A stretch of 64,000 nt of DNA from the human T2T-CHM13v2.0 reference genome, Homo sapiens (GCF_009914755.1 NC_060925.1), one strand, 5' to 3'. Counted from the first letter of the stretch, positions 15,122-32,354 are shown. Program-made: numbers and translations. Notes: generated from the sequence alone by a model not told the origin.

Positions 15122-15782
15122 TTATATATATATATAATTATAATATATATAATATATATATTATAATTATATATATTATATATAATTATAATATATATAA
15201 TATATATATTATAATATATATATTATATATAATTATATAAAATATATATTATAATTATATATATTTTATATAATATATATTATATATATTATATATATAA
15301 TATATAATATAATATATATATTATATATATTATATATATAATATAATATATAATATATTATATATAATATATATAATATATAATATATTATAATATAATA
15401 TATATAATATATAATATAATATATATAATATATAATATAATATATAATATATAATATATATAATATATAATATAATATATAATATATATAATATATTATA
15501 ATATAATATATATAATATATTATAATATAATATATATAATATATAATATAATATATATAATATATAATATAATATATAATATATAATATATATTTAATAT
15601 ATTTATTAATTATTTGTTATATATTTATTAATATATAATATATAATATATTTAATATATTATAACTATATATTATATTATAATTATATATATTATATATA
15701 TACAATTATAATTATATATTATATATACTTATAATATATATAATATATAACATATAAATATAATATATGTATTATATATATT
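15122..15782. repeat. About 660-bp near-pure AT array: (TA)n/(TATAA)n
   Basis: Directly visible; only a handful of G/C bases. Confidence 0.98.
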
Positions 15783-16760
15783 ATGCTATTGATCTCATCC
15801 AGTGCAGTTTTTCAGAACTGATATTGTAGTTTTCATCTCTATAAGTCTGAATTGGTATTTTTCCTTCTGTATCTGTATATACTGAGACTGTGTTCAGTCT
15901 CTTTCCTCTAGCTTCTTGAACACACGAGATAATGTTATAGCAACTTTTAATGTTTTCATCTACTAATTCTATAATCTGTGCTATCTCTGGGTAATATTTT
16001 CCTGCTTCTTTGCATGTCTGATAAGTTTTGATTGCATGCCACACACTTGAATTTTGCCTTATTGCATGCTGTATATTTTTGTGTTCCTATAAATACTCTT
16101 GTGCTTTTTTCCAGGATATGGTTGTGTTACTTGGAAACAGTTTGATCTATTTGGTCTTGCTTTCAAGCTTTCGTACGCGGGCTCAGGGTAGTGTTTCATT
16201 GAGGACTATTTTGCCCCAATACCAAGGCATAACCAAGGCATAGGACCTCTGAGTGTTCTCCCCTATGGCTCATCAATTATGAGGTTTCCCACGCTGGCTT
16301 GTGGGAGCAGGCATTATTCTTGATCTGGTTGGAGCTCTAGAATTGTTCCCCTCTAATTCTTTCAGGGTATTTTTCCCTGGCCTCAAGTCATTCTCTCACT
16401 GGCATCCATTGGCAAGTACTCAATACGAGATGTTAGGGAGACCTCAGCCAATCTGCAGGTCTCTGCTTTCTCTCTTGTCTCTGGCACTCTGATGCAGCCG
16501 CCTCTGCCTTCCTGGACTTTTTAGCAGAGTCTCCTCAACTCAGAGGCTGCGGGATCTGCCTGCATCCCCCTCCCCTGCTGCTGCCTGGAAACTCTGTCCA
16601 GGTGGTGAGCTTGGGCTTACACTCTTGTGTTTCTCATTTCTCAGGGACCACTGTCCTTCACTGCCTGATGTCCAATGTATTGAAAACTGTTGCTTCATAT
16701 ACTCTGTCAGGTTGTTTCAGCCAGGGTGTAACCTGACCCCTGTCACTCTATCTTGGCTGC
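15783..16760 (-). mobile_element. Old L1 (L1M) 5'/ORF1-region fragment
   Basis: Antisense L1M-like motifs (attgtagttttcatctct..., ctgcctgatgtccaatgtattgaaaactgttg); highly diverged. Confidence 0.55.
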
Positions 16761-17862
16761 CCCTTATACGGTACAGCATCTAAATCTCTGCTAGAAAATA
16801 TCCTCCACCAGGAACTACATCCTGTGGGTCTGTACCTCCCCCAAGCCCCCACGCACCTTACTGAGCTGATTCTTCATGCATTTTTCCTGAAAGGCTCAAG
16901 GCGTCTCAGAAGTGTGGGGGCTGATGCCAGTCTTTTCTAAGTGTGAGATTCATCTTCCCATTTGCCTGACAGCCTCCAAGGGCTTCCTGCATTTTCCCCA
17001 TGGTGTGGAGCTCTGACTCGAGTCTGACAGCCGCAGAGTGGCTGGAGCATCTGGTCTCACTGCCAGCTTTGCAAATGATGGGAGGCTGTAGCCAGGAGGA
17101 TTTTCCTATATGTTGAGTGCCCTGAACCCCCATCAGCCTGTCTGTGCTTTTGATGTACAGAAGAGAGGCAGGTTTCTGAAGATCTGATTGCAGTGTCAAA
17201 GGTCAGAAACAGGAACACGCTGATGAAAGGAAACAAAACTGTACTAGAATTACTGTCTTCACAAACCCAGTGCTGGGGCTGCTGAGATCAGGAATGAATC
17301 ATTCTCTCCCTTCAGACAGGCAGAGGGGCTGTGCTCACAGTGGTGATGCTAATATGCTAACCTTTCCTTCACTGCCAGTTCATGGGAGAGGAAAGGGGGA
17401 AGCTGCCAGCAATACCAGAGCCCCAGTTCTCACTAGGGTGTCTATTCCAAAGATACATGCCAGAAGCTGATCTTGCCCCTGAACTAGAGGTGCAGGCAGC
17501 ATTGAAGCACTCCTGGATCTTGGAGGAGACTCAGACTGGAGTTTCAAAAGCCCCAGAGCCAGTGAACCTGGCAACAGACACATACACAATTGCATCCACA
17601 AAAGTGATGGTTTTCAAGCCCTCGCCTTCTAGGTTTTGTGGAAGCACAAAAGTTGCTCAGCAATGACACAGAGCACTGGGCAGGGCCAGCAGCTACGGGG
17701 TCCTTTCTGTGCACCAGACACTGGCCTGGGGCTTTCCTTTCCAGGGTAGGAAGAGTGTGGTACCTTGAAACTTTAAAAGGGATGTTATTCATCTCCATAC
17801 TCTCTCGCTGTCATTCATCTCCATTCTCTCTCGCCATCTTTCCTTGCCCAAACTCCCCTTAG

Positions 17863-20400
<2,538 letters not shown>

Positions 20401-21039
20401 GAAAGAGCCGGCCTGGCTAGGGTAGTTCCTTCAAATGCATCATGGCCCTCCCATGGCCTTTCTATCAGACGGTTTTCCTGCAAGACTCTCAAGGGGCTGA
20501 CTGGGAGAGGCAGAGGACGGAGTGACAGGATCCACACCTCCAGCCCTTCCTCGGGCAGCCTGACTCCCATGAGCGGCTTCAAGAGTGTGGGGTGGGGCAG
20601 GCAGGTCACCGGGTGGATGAGGCACTCTCACCTCCGTGTGCAGGCTGCAGGGAGTCCTCCCCACCCCAGACTCTGACTGTTATTAGAGAGACCCGCCAGG
20701 GCTTGGGAGAAGTGGAGTGAAAATAAGCCTGGATGCCGAGGCCGTGGATGTTTGGTGCAGTCGAGGATTTTAAATAGCTGCAGACTCAACGGGAGCGGTT
20801 GTTGCTTCCTGGGAGAGCGGATGCTGGCGCCCAGACGGTCCTGCTATCCTCTCCCAGCCCAAGGCCACGTCGTCCTCAGGGCTGTTCTGAGCCACTCTTG
20901 TCCTTGCTGCCCTGTTTGCCTGGATGGTTCCCTGCATCCTTGTTGCTCCCTGACCTTGACTCTGCTTGCACACATTGAGTGTTTGCTATTTGCAGTACTC
21001 CCTGGGGTCAGGATCCCATGCAAGGGGCTATAGCACTGC

Positions 21040-21240
21040 TGCCCAGAAGGCCTGGGGATGGAGTCAGAATACCAAGACCCACACTCGCCATGGACGGGCT
21101 TTTCTGGGACTGGGTGGCCTTGCATCAGCAGGTTGACCTCTCTGGGCCTCTGTTTCCTCAGCTGGCAAGTGGGGCTGCAACCTTCTGAGAGCTGCATGGT
21201 TGTTAGTTGAGAATCAAATGACAGTTTGTAAACTGTGAAA
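21040..21240 (+). mobile_element. MIR
   Basis: ttgacctctctgggcctctgtttcctca...ttgagaatcaaatga. Confidence 0.6.
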
Positions 21241-21485
21241 GGAGGTTTACTGCAGATGCTAGCATGTGGCTAGACAAACAATACAAGGAAAACACCGCAT
21301 ATTAATTGAGCAGCAGCTAATCTTGAGAAACGGATGGGAATGTGTGCAGGGCACATAGGGCTGGCTCTAAATTTCTAAACCAGAGGCAGGATGGAGTCAT
21401 GGGTCCAACCTACTAATAATCACTTTCATTTAATCAGTGCATACTATGTGCTGGGCACTGTGCACATGGCTTTATAGACCACAAA

Positions 21486-21945
21486 AGTTAGGATAAAGTT
21501 TGGTTGCATGTATCAGAAATCCTAAAATAGCACTAGCTTAAGTACATAGGAGCTTCAGGGGTAGGTGACAGAGGGCTGCTTCAAGGTTTTTGCTGTCGTC
21601 AGGGACCCAATATCTTTCTGTACTTCTGCCATGTCAGACAATACTTACATTCTTAATGTTACCTCATGGGCCAAGAAAGATGCTGGAGCTCCAGCCACCA
21701 CATTCTTCTAGCCAAAGAGAAAAAGGAAGGGGTGGAGGGAGGAGGACAAAACAAGTGCACCTTCCACCTGATTTAGTTCCCTTTAAGGGACATTCCTGAA
21801 AGTCCCACTAATACTTCCAGCATTACAGCTGAAAGAGGGCCAGGAGGAGGGCACACCCAGATCCTGCACCCAGAAGTGACTCACATCACTCCTGCTCACG
21901 TTCCATCAGTCCGAATTCAGTCAGCTGGGAAATACAAGGTGTGCA
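21486..21945 (-). mobile_element. Old MLT1 (J/K-like) LTR
   Basis: gttaggataaagtttggttgcatgtatcagaa...cagaagtgactcacatcactcctgctcacgttccat. Confidence 0.5.
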
Positions 21946-22059
21946 TTAGGGGGTTCACTGATGCCCCACATACAGCTGGGATGATGTTTCTAAGGAAGAA
22001 GGTGAGAACAAATGTTGAGCAGTGTCCTGGGAGCAGCTGCCACCTATAGGAGCTCATTC

Positions 22060-22190
22060 CACTCTCATGCAATCCACACAGAAGCACGTGCGTTGGAGCT
22101 TTTTTACAGCGAGGAAGCCAGTGCTCAGAGAGGTGAAGTGCTTCGTCCTGGACCACAAAGCTTGGCTGAGCCCAATACTGATCCACCCTC
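22060..22190 (-). mobile_element. MIR fragment
   Basis: ttttacagcgaggaagccagtgctcagagaggtgaagtg. Confidence 0.55.
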
Positions 22191-23314
22191 TGCTGTTACT
22201 GTAGGCTGGGCACACTGGGCAGGGCCCATCGAAGCACCACGGGCATGCCACTCACCTCCCTTCCGCCTTGGAATGCCCGAAAAGAAGCTGTGCCCTCCCT
22301 CTCTGGGGCTGTGGTCAGGAACAAAGGCCCAGGTATCCCCTGAGATGGGCCCGTTCTGGATCAAAGCAGGGAGGCCAGGCCTGCATGGTTGGAGGAACAT
22401 TATTCTCAGAAAGGACATGAGGGAAGAGGACTCTAAGTACCCATCGAAGGCCTCCATCAGGCAGCTGTGAGGGGTGATTTCAGTTTTGCCAGCAGAGCTT
22501 GACCCCTCCAACTGTATCAGGAGCTGGGAGGGAGCTCAGCCTTCTCCCTGATGTATCTTCTGCAGTGGCCAGTGCCCGGACCCACTTGTTTCTCTGCACA
22601 GCAGCACAGGTTACAGTTTTGGGCAATGGTTCCCCTCCTTGGGAGGCAGCTGCTGGTCTCTGCTTCTGAGCCACATAAACATGGATCACATCTCCTGTGA
22701 CCAGGGGAAGGACACCTTTGCAAAAGCACCCGAAGGAGTGAGCACCGGGAAATGAGAAGCCACCCACGGCCAGGAAAGTGGTCTCCAGTGAATCAGCCCC
22801 ATCCACTCAGGCTCAGGAGCCGGGCACCACCTGCTGAAATGAACATCGCGGCTCGGCTCTGGAAACTGGTGCAGAGGTGTCACTGTCACCGACACCTTAT
22901 TAAGTCTTCCCTGGAAGCCAGTGGGATCATGAGGTATAAATGACCAGGAGAGGAAGGGAACAGGGGCTCATGGCCATTAGGGTATTTGGGGTCTATGAAG
23001 ACAGAGAGGCTGCAATGGGCAAGATCTCGGAAGGGTAGGTGGAGAGGGAGGGGGCATTTACAAGTGGAGAGGGTCTGGCATCAGTGGCCCAGCCAGGAGG
23101 ACAGCTGGGTCACCAGCCTCACCTGTAGCAGGTAGGGCTGTTCAGGTCTGACCTTCCCGGCCTCTTCCCCTCCTCCTGGGCTTAGGAGCCTTCTGTGTGG
23201 CCAGGAGGGCAGCTCTCAGGGACCAAGGTGCTCCTTGGCACCACTTCTGTGTACCTGCCCTCGGTCCGGCACCCAGGCAGTGAGTTCTCTCTTTCAGGGG
23301 GCTCCCATTTGCTT

Positions 23315-23775
23315 CTGTGTTAGTGTCCTGGGGCAGGTAGAACAAAGCCCCACCCACCCCCCCAAAACACACACACACCCACCCCCCCCAAACACACACA
23401 CACACACAGCGTGGCTTAAACAACTGGAATTTATTGTCTTGAGGTTCTGGAGGCTGGGAGTCCAAGATCAAGGTATGAGCGGGGTTGGTTCTTTCTGAGG
23501 ATGGAGGGAGAATCTGCCCCATGTTTCTCCCCTTGACTTGTAGGCACCGTCTTCTCCCTGCATCTTCTCATGATCTTCCCTCTACGTGTGTCTGTATCCA
23601 AATTTCCCCTTTTTATACAGGCACCGGTCATATGAGTTAAAGTCCACTCTAATGACGGCATTTTCACTTCACTAATCACATATGCAATGACCGTATTTCC
23701 AAAGAAGGTCCCCTGCTGAGGAACTGGGGTTTAGAATTTCAGCGTATGAATTTGGCAGGGACACAGTTTAGCCTG
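23315..23775 (-). mobile_element. MLT1A0/B-like solo LTR with an internal C/CA expansion (23349-23408)
   Basis: ggcttaaacaactggaatttattgtc...ttctggaggctgggagtccaagatcaagg...gaatttggcagggacaca. Confidence 0.85.
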
Positions 23776-26700
23776 GGGCAGTCCCTGAGTGGATTCCATG
23801 TGCCCCGGGGCGGGGGCGGAGTCTTACACATCATCTGTTGCAGGCACCTTACGAGTGCTCAGGAATTTGGAGCACAAGTCCCTCTAGGGGTAAAGGTCAT
23901 GGGAAGATCTGGCCTGGTTCGTCCCTGCCTGTTTGGATTCATGCACGTGCAGTGCCAGGACATGCATCTGCGTGGTGAGTGGATTGGTTCCTGCCCTTCA
24001 GCTTCCTCTCTCTGGTAAGTGGGGCCCCAGCAGACGGTGGTGACTCCTACTTCCTTGAGGCCATTTCCCTTCTGCCCTCATTTTTCTTCCCAGCTCCCTG
24101 TGAAGCAGCCATTACCAAGCTCCCTGTAAGTGTGGGCCGCGTGGCTAAGGAGGCTGGAGTGGGCCTGGCTTGCCTCACCTCAGGGGCCTGCTGGATTCCA
24201 GCTCCCACATCCGCCAGGCTGGGCATCTGTTCCCGCAGCATCAGCGGGCAGAGCCAGGATACAGACGACGGCCTCCCCGAGGGCCTCAGCTCACACTAGC
24301 TGCCAGCCAGCCCTGCCTGGACTTCTAAAACAAGGAGCGCGTGTGGGCGGCTGGCGAGAGGCCGCAGAGGCTGGGCCTGGGGATTGGACATCTCCCATCA
24401 TCTGAGGCCACCCGGCCAACCCCTCAAATATTCCCCAGGTCTTGGCCTCTCTCAGCAAGTGGGCGGGAAGACAGGGCAGGAGGAGGGAGAGGATGCGTGC
24501 CCGATGTCAGGGACAAGAAAGCACAGCACCAGCAGCTTTGGGGCCCCACGAGTTTTCAGATCTCCTTGTGCCCCAGTTAAATGGCTTTGCGGCTCATTAC
24601 CCGGCAGCAGCAGGCTCAGCCTCGGCCTCCGATTGCCTGGGGCGGCTTCCTTGGGACCAGAAGAGGCTGTTCAGGGAATTAAATTCTGTAGAGAGGAGCA
24701 GTGAGTCTCTAAGAGTAGGAGTGCACTTTAAACAGAGTAAATAAACATTAATAAGTCGTAAAGAGCCTGGACTTCATGAGAAAATAGGGGCCGGCTGACG
24801 AGCGGAGTTAAACATAAGGTGGCTTTGGCCAAGGACTGGCTGACACAGCCGATGCTGAGAGAGGAGGGTTGAGCTTCCATGTGACCAGCCAGGCCTCAGG
24901 AGCAGGGACCTGCTGGACCCCAGCCTGCCACTGGCCCGGGGATCCTGGCAGTGGGAAGCTGGAAGTCCATTCAGACTCCAAGGTGAGCACAGCTCTGTGG
25001 GGTTGGTGGGGAGAATGGGGGAGTGCCCTGTGGAGTTACCGGCTGGGAGACTGCGGGGTGCTGGGACTCCTTGCAGGAAAGTGACACTTGGTGATGCCTG
25101 CAGGGAACTTGACTTTGCCCCCCGCCATCCGCTCGCCCTGGTGACAGGACGCTCACGTCCCTCTGGGCAGTCACCCCTCTCCCCTTCTCAGTGCCGATGC
25201 TTGCGGGGAGTTGCTGCTACTTCTGGCTCCAGGACCGGACATGGGACTGAGTTCTGGCCCCCCAGAGCATCACACTCATGGCCACAGTGAAGGCTTTGGA
25301 GTGGGCACGTGCTCCAGTCACAGTCGGCCAGATGCAGTGGGGCTGAGCCTCGTCCTCTTGGGAAGGGGTATGCATTTTTTTTTTTGTCCTGGTAGTTGGA
25401 ATGTTAAGATGACATGAGCCTGAAGAATCAGTGCGACCAAGTGGAGTGGGGCAATGAGACCAACACAATGGGAAGGAAAAACCAAGAGCTGGAGAGAAAC
25501 AGTTCTGCAGAGCCTGGAGGTAAGGCTACACCTGAAGCAATGAAGAAAGACCACCTCGGATTCCTCCTTTAAGCAAACACATAAGTTCCCTTTTTCCCTA
25601 ATGCCAGTTGAGTTGGGTTTTCTACCACTTGACTTTGGAAAGGTGCTGATTTTTAATACAAGGCCAGGCTGGGACCCGTGTCTGTAAATGTGAGCTCATG
25701 TACGCACGTCTGTGTTAAAAAGGAATCAGACCCAGACCTTGTCACAAAACATATAATCTGGCTAGGGAGGCTAAATGTAGCCACGGCAAACCAATAGTTA
25801 CCTCTCCCAGTAGGAAGTTCTGAAACCTCAGCGGGGACCCTCAGGGGTTCAAGAAGGGAGCGACTGTGGGAATTTAGAGAATTCAAGAAAGACCGTCTGG
25901 AAGAGATGGATTCTTGTTCCTGGATGGCATCAAAACCCTCTATTTTTGTTTGACACTCCTAAGAAACTTCACAAGGAGGAGTAGATCCGAGTCTTTTGAT
26001 ATTCTCAGCATGCTTATGTAATCCTGTTTAATTCCTGGCTCCAGCATTTTTCCTATGAAGACTCACTAAGGTTGAGCACTAGGAGAAAAGTCCTCTTGGA
26101 TCATCTTAAAAGAAACAATCTTTTCTCTCCATTTTCAGGCCTTTGCATCAAGACCAATTTAAAAACAAATGCCCCATTGAAGCCTTCTCTGACCTCTTAG
26201 GTGAAGGGCAAGGTCTTCCTCTTCTGAGTTCCTGCCAAGCAAGAGGTTGAACCACGTGAAATATCTGTATGTTTTATCTGTACCTGCTGGCGTGGGAGCC
26301 TGTGGAGGGCCAGGCCCTGCCACGTATCAACTTCAATGCAAAGCAGCAGAGACTCACTGATGGCTTCATAGGCAAAGGGCTGTCCTGTGGGAAATATGTG
26401 TCTCAAAGCAGGTGACCAGGAGGGTGGGGCCTTCCATGGGCGGATGGTGTCTACACATTGGATACGTCTGCATTACTCAGAGACCGGACTGCCCCCCCAG
26501 ACATCTAGCAACTCAGGTTAAATCCTCAGATACAGAGCAGATGCCCCTTTAGCAGGCTTTTCAGCATATCTTTGGGCTGGAGGGACTGTTCGAGAAATAC
26601 CCTGGCGGCACATCATGTTTCTGTCCCAGAGACCTTTTGGAAACAATTAGTCTTCCTCCAAGACTAATTGAGCTGCAGACGAGTCAGGTAGCTAACACGA

Positions 26701-27639
26701 CTTGAGGTTTAGAAAAGAAAAAACCTTTCATTAACATGTGGAAACTTCTAGGGCCCTGAAGAGGATGTGGGCAGAAACTCACATGAATGCAAGATCCTCT
26801 ATTTTCCCAATGACTCCCTCCTGTAAACTGGGGACTCCTCTGGTGCATGGGCAGGTTTGTGTTCTTCGGGGATGTGGCAGATGGAATGGGCAGACTGAGG
26901 ACCTCACAGCAGAAATATCAGGACATATTCAGGTAAAGATCCAGCAGAAGAGAAGATAAAGCTTCTTTGAAAGTAAGCCCAAGGGAAAACGGAATTCAAT
27001 ACAAATGAAAAAGAAGTTGATGAAAGTATGTGTCAGTCAGGGCAGCTGTTCCTTAAATCGAGATCCAAATGCATCAGAGAAAGGCTTCTGGGGGAGCCTT
27101 GACAAATCCCTCAAGGGGGAAGGAATTCCTAAAAAAAAACTCCCTGGCACGGGAAGGTTAGGGGCGAGGAGAGCATCTCATGAGGATGACTGGCTGGTGA
27201 GGAGGGTGAAAAATGAGTTCTGGCCCAGCCTGGAGCTCTGTGCCTGGGTCCAGAGCCGGAGGATGAAGAGGCTGCAGGAATGTGCTGACTGAGTGGGGAA
27301 AGGAGAGTTGAGAGCTTCTCCAGCCTGCTGTGTGAGTGGAATCCAACCTGCTTCAGGTTGTGGGTGATTCTGGGTGTGAAAGAGGCACAAGGAAGCCGTG
27401 GAGGGCAGAGAGGAGGACTCTTGGTGTCAGGAGGAGCTGATCAGCTTCAGGAATTTCTGAAGCAGATTGCTAATCACCAATGCCCACCTTAGAGGCCATT
27501 CTCACAGTCAAGAACAAGGAAGGGTGTGTGGCACGTTGCTGAGAAGTGCCTGTGTGTACCAGCTCTTGAGTCTCTGCCCCTCCTGTTCCTATCTCAACCA
27601 TGCCCTGCCCTTCAGTGGCACACAGAGGACTCCAAGAAC

Positions 27640-28085
27640 AACACTACCCCCTTGGCAATAGTTGATTTGTCCAGCAGTGAGTGCCTCACCCAAGCTAGGC
27701 CATCACATCCCTTCCATGGCAGCTTTGGATTTGGGAAAGACAGGGAAATTTGAAACAGTCTCTCTTTGGGTGGCTGAAACAGTAACACATCAAACACCAA
27801 AGCTGTTGAAGTCCAGAGTTTCTTCCATGAGGTCTGGGAAGCAAAAAAAGGACCAATCTGCAGCAGGAGAGGAGACTGAAACAGATGTGCGCAGAGAAGC
27901 ATGAGGTATTTCAAGAGGTGACCCAAGCACTCTGACTCCTGGATCAAGCCGTTCCTGAAGCCCATCATAATCCCTGCTCTTCCCATTAACTCTTCCTTGA
28001 ATTTGGTGAGATCCCTCAAGATCCTTCAAAAAACCCTCTTTTAGCTTTAGTGGGCTGGAGTTGGGTTTATTTCAGGCGTCACTTC
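27640..28085 (+). mobile_element. Old LTR (MLT1K/LTR16-like)
   Basis: cacccaagctaggccatcac...cctggatcaagccgttcctgaagcc...gagttgggttt; heavily diverged. Confidence 0.4.
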
Positions 28086-28889
28086 AGAAGGGAAGGAATA
28101 AGTGGGGAGATGAAAACCTCTAGCGAACGTGGCTCCCTAGCTGACTCACAATACCCATCTCCCACTCTCCTGACTAAGATGATGCTTTCTTCATTCCATG
28201 TCTAATTCCTCTTTGGTTCTCAAACTTAGTCCAGTCACCTGGCTTGGAGATCTCAGAAAGCCTGTGCTTTGAGAAGCCAGGTGCTGCCCACTTGAATTTA
28301 AAGCTTGATCTATAGTGTCCCTGATCTTTTTCCCTGATCCAGGGCCCAGAAAACCTTTCAAAGAAAGATGCCAGAGCATGGGTAGGTTCTGTCTGTCACA
28401 GACAAACCTAAGGGTCCCTCAGACTGGCAGACTTGGCAGACTATAGCCCCATAGGTAAATGTTCAAGGGATGTATGACCTGTGGAGGAAGGACTTAGAGA
28501 ACTGCAGCTGGGCAAAGGCAGGGAAGAATGTGGTTGAGAGCACAAACAGCCTGGGAGGCAGCATTTCAAGGCTGGGCAGAGAAGTCTTAAGCACACTTGC
28601 AAGAGGCAGGAGTTTGAGAGAGAAAATGGATTAACCTGAACAGCCCCCTCCAGCATGAAATGTGCTCATAAACAGAGTCAGCTTTCAGTGGAGCTCATGA
28701 GGAAAGGTTGGAGGAAGCCCCAGGGAAAGGCATTGCTCAGAAAACTTGCCGGCTCCCAAGGCTTGCAGAAGTCTCTCCTTCAGCGCTCAGGACAGCACCA
28801 TCCCCTTTGCAACTGGCGCATGAACCTATGCTACACTCAGGAAATAGTTGCAAGTCCCTGGAGGAAGATGATTGGAATCCTTAACTGCC

Positions 28890-29410
28890 AGAGTTGGCAA
28901 TGACCTTCAAGATAATAGAATCCAGCGCTTCAATTTTCTAGATGAGGAAGCTTAGCTGAGATGGGGGAGGTAACTTTCTCTGCATCATGCTCTTGGTTTG
29001 TGTCAAAGCAAGAACTAGAATTCAGGCACCTAAGGTTTCCACACATCTCCTGTCTCAATATGCCAAATGGATGCCCACTCATCATCCATCACCCCACACG
29101 CAGCAGCATGGATATTTACTGAAGGAAGGAGGATGGCCATTAAGAGTAGCAATGTGGGTTCTGCATCTGGTGTGTCAGTGACACTGAGTTGGGTAAGGAT
29201 TTTTAACCACTTTTGACCTCAGTTTCCTCATTTGTAAAATGAAGGAACTATTACCTATACCTATGTAAGTTGGCTGTTATGAGGATTTAATGAGACCATG
29301 TCCGTTGAAAAGAAAAGTTACCCCCTACTTTGGAGGGGAGGAAACTGAGGTTCAGAGAAGTTTGGAAACATTTCCAATGACACTAGGGTAGCAAAGGTCA
29401 GAGGTCAGTT
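28890..29410. mobile_element. Cluster of MIR fragments in both orientations
   Basis: ttttctagatgaggaagc; cctcagtttcctcatttgtaaaatg; gaggaaactgaggttcagagaagtt. Confidence 0.65.
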
Positions 29411-29444
29411 TGCTGTTGCTCCAAAGTTCCCTGAGTCATCGTTG

Positions 29445-30780
29445 ATTTTTTTCCACTTCTTTTCTCTTTGTTGTCCAGGTTAGGTAATTCCCTATTGAGA
29501 TATTTTCATGTTCCCTGACTCTTTTCTCTGTTGTCTTTCTTCTGCTATTGTGCCTGCCCAGTGAAGTTTTTTTTTATTACTGTGATTATATATTTTTTGG
29601 TTTTTATCTTCTGTTTCTTTACTGAGACTTCCTTTCTTTCTATTAGTTTCAAGAGTGTTTCCTCTTACTTGTGGGATAATTTTTATAGTAGATGCTTTAA
29701 AGTCTGTATGAAAATTCCAACGTCTGTGTCACCTTGGCATCTGTGTCTATTAAATTGTCTTTTCTCGTGGGTAGAGTTGTTTCTGGGTCTTTAGATGCTG
29801 AGTGATTTTGGATGCATCCTGGATATTCTGAATATGCATTATGGGTCTCTGGGTCATAATTAAATCTTATTGAGAATATTGAGAATCTTTGTTAATTTGG
29901 CTGGCTCTCATCTAGTTATGTTGAAGCCATCAGTTATGCCCAGCCTGCTGAGGGTCATGGTTTCAGCACCAGTTTGGTTTTCAGTCTTTGTATTTGGATC
30001 TGTCCTGCCTGTGTGCCACTCAGTGGCCAGCCTGGGACCCAGGACCTAGTCTGTCTCTTAGCTCAGATCTCAAAGTCCTTTTTCACAATGTATAGGATCA
30101 GATCCACACATGTGCAGCTTAGAAATAAGCCTAGAAGTTTTCCAGGCTCTCCCTCCTGCAATCTCCCTGGAATTTTCTGATTCCTTAGAACTCCCCTTTC
30201 AGCTTTATTTAAACCCTGCTGTGCCATGTACTTCCTGCAACTAATCCTTCCTGGAGCCAGAAGATGGGAGGACAAAGAGAGAATAAAAGCAATGGGGGTT
30301 TATCCCACTCTCTGGGGAGCACAGCGCCCACCTCCAATCAGAGAGGAAGCTTCTCTTGTCTTGAGGTTTTAGGCTCTTGTGGGCTCTTGCCCTTGCTCTT
30401 AATGTTGCTTCCACAGTGGGATTGCCTGGGGATTGGGGCATGAAAGAACAAAGGAAAGAAAAGAGAGGGAGATTTCCCCTGCTTTCCCTGAATGTTAGGG
30501 ACTCCTTCTGCAAACCAGAGCTAGAGGGCTTTTCTGTAGCACCCTCTGTCCACATTATGTTGATTGTGGGTTATGGGGCTGTGTTGAGTCTAGACTGGGG
30601 GATACCTGAGGAAAATAAAATGGTAGCCTCAGTGTTGGCTCAATAGGGTGTTGAATCCTGGCCCTCGTCCTCAGTCTGCCTCAATCTGCGGCGGGGCTGC
30701 TGCCTGCATTCTGCTCAGGGCTCACAGCTGCATTCGGTGGAAGAGATGAGGGAAAAGTGTTTTCTCTGTTTACCCTCAGA
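29445..30780 (-). mobile_element. Old L1M 5'-region fragments
   Basis: T-rich antisense L1-like sequence (tttctattagtttcaagagtgttt, tgattttggatgcatcctggatattctgaat). Confidence 0.5.
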
Positions 30781-31285
30781 GCTTGGTCTGGATGCAGATT
30801 TGCGTGACTTCAACATCCAGTTGTTCTCTGGAACCCTTGCCTCTTGTGTGTTCCCAGTGAGCCCCTGAGCTTCTCCATAGAAGAGGTAGGGGCACCAAAA
30901 ATGGAATTGTCTTAGAGTGCCAAGGGCAGCCGTCAGAACACCTGCAACATTAAAAGTCTGCAGCCACTACCCGCCAGTCATAACCCGAGACTGAAACTGC
31001 AGCTCCTGCCCCCAAAGCTCCCTGTTAGGAGAGCAGAAGCTGTTGGGTAGAGCCACGCATACTCACGCTCGCAGGAAGCAGAAGCGAGAGGAAAGTTAAG
31101 CCCCAAGGCACACACGGCATTGATCAGACCCAGTGCCAGCGATGCAGATGCCCTTAGCCTGTCCGAGACTCTCCTGGCCACTCCGCAGTGGCCTCCGGTA
31201 TTATTTTCTCCCAATTACTTATTTCCTCCGCTATTAGTTTCCTGGGGCTGCCATAATTAAGTGCCACAAACTGGGTGGCTTAGAC

Positions 31286-31813
31286 TAGCGGTCCACAACC
31301 TTTTTAGCACCAGGGACCAGTTTCATGGAACACAATTTCTCCACGAATTGTGGGCGGGGAGATGGTTTCTGGATGATTTGAGTGCATTACATTTATTGTG
31401 CACTTTATTTCTATTATGATTACATTGTAATATATAACAGAATAATCATACAACTCACCATAGCATAGAATCCATGGGAGCCCTGAGCTTGTTTTCCTGC
31501 AACTAGGTGGTCCCATCTAAGGGTGATGGGAGACAGTGACGGATCATCAGGTATTAGATTCTCATAAGGAGCATGTAACCTAGATCCCTCGCATGCACAG
31601 TTCACAATAGAGTTCACACTCCTATGAGGATCTGATGCTGCCGCGGATCTGACAGGAGGCAGAGCTCAGGCAGGAAGGCAACCAACGAGAAGTGGCTGTA
31701 AATATAGATGGAGCTTTGCTTGATCACCTGCTGCTCACCTCCTGCTGTGCTGCCTGGTTCCTAATGGGCCACAGACTGGTACCAGTCTGTGACTCAGGGG
31801 CTGGAGACCCCTG
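31286..31813. mobile_element. MER1A (hAT-Charlie non-autonomous DNA transposon)
   Basis: TIR-like ends tagcggtccacaacc / gggctggagacccctg; MER1 body gcattacatttattgtgcactttatttctatt; 8-bp TSD gcttagac/gcttaggc; 528 bp. Confidence 0.9.
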
Positions 31814-32024
31814 GCTTAGGCGATAGACATTGATTCTCTCCCAGTCCTGGAGGCCAGACATCCAGGATCAAGGTGTCCAGGATCAAGGGAGGGTTGGTTC
31901 TCTTGAGGCCTTGAGGGAGCTTCTGTTCCGGGCCTCTCCCCAGCTGTTGGAGGCTGCAGGCATTCCTTGGTGCTCCTTGGCTCCTGGAAGCATCATCCCC
32001 ATGTCTGCCTTTATCTTCTCATAG

Positions 32025-32354
<330 letters not shown>

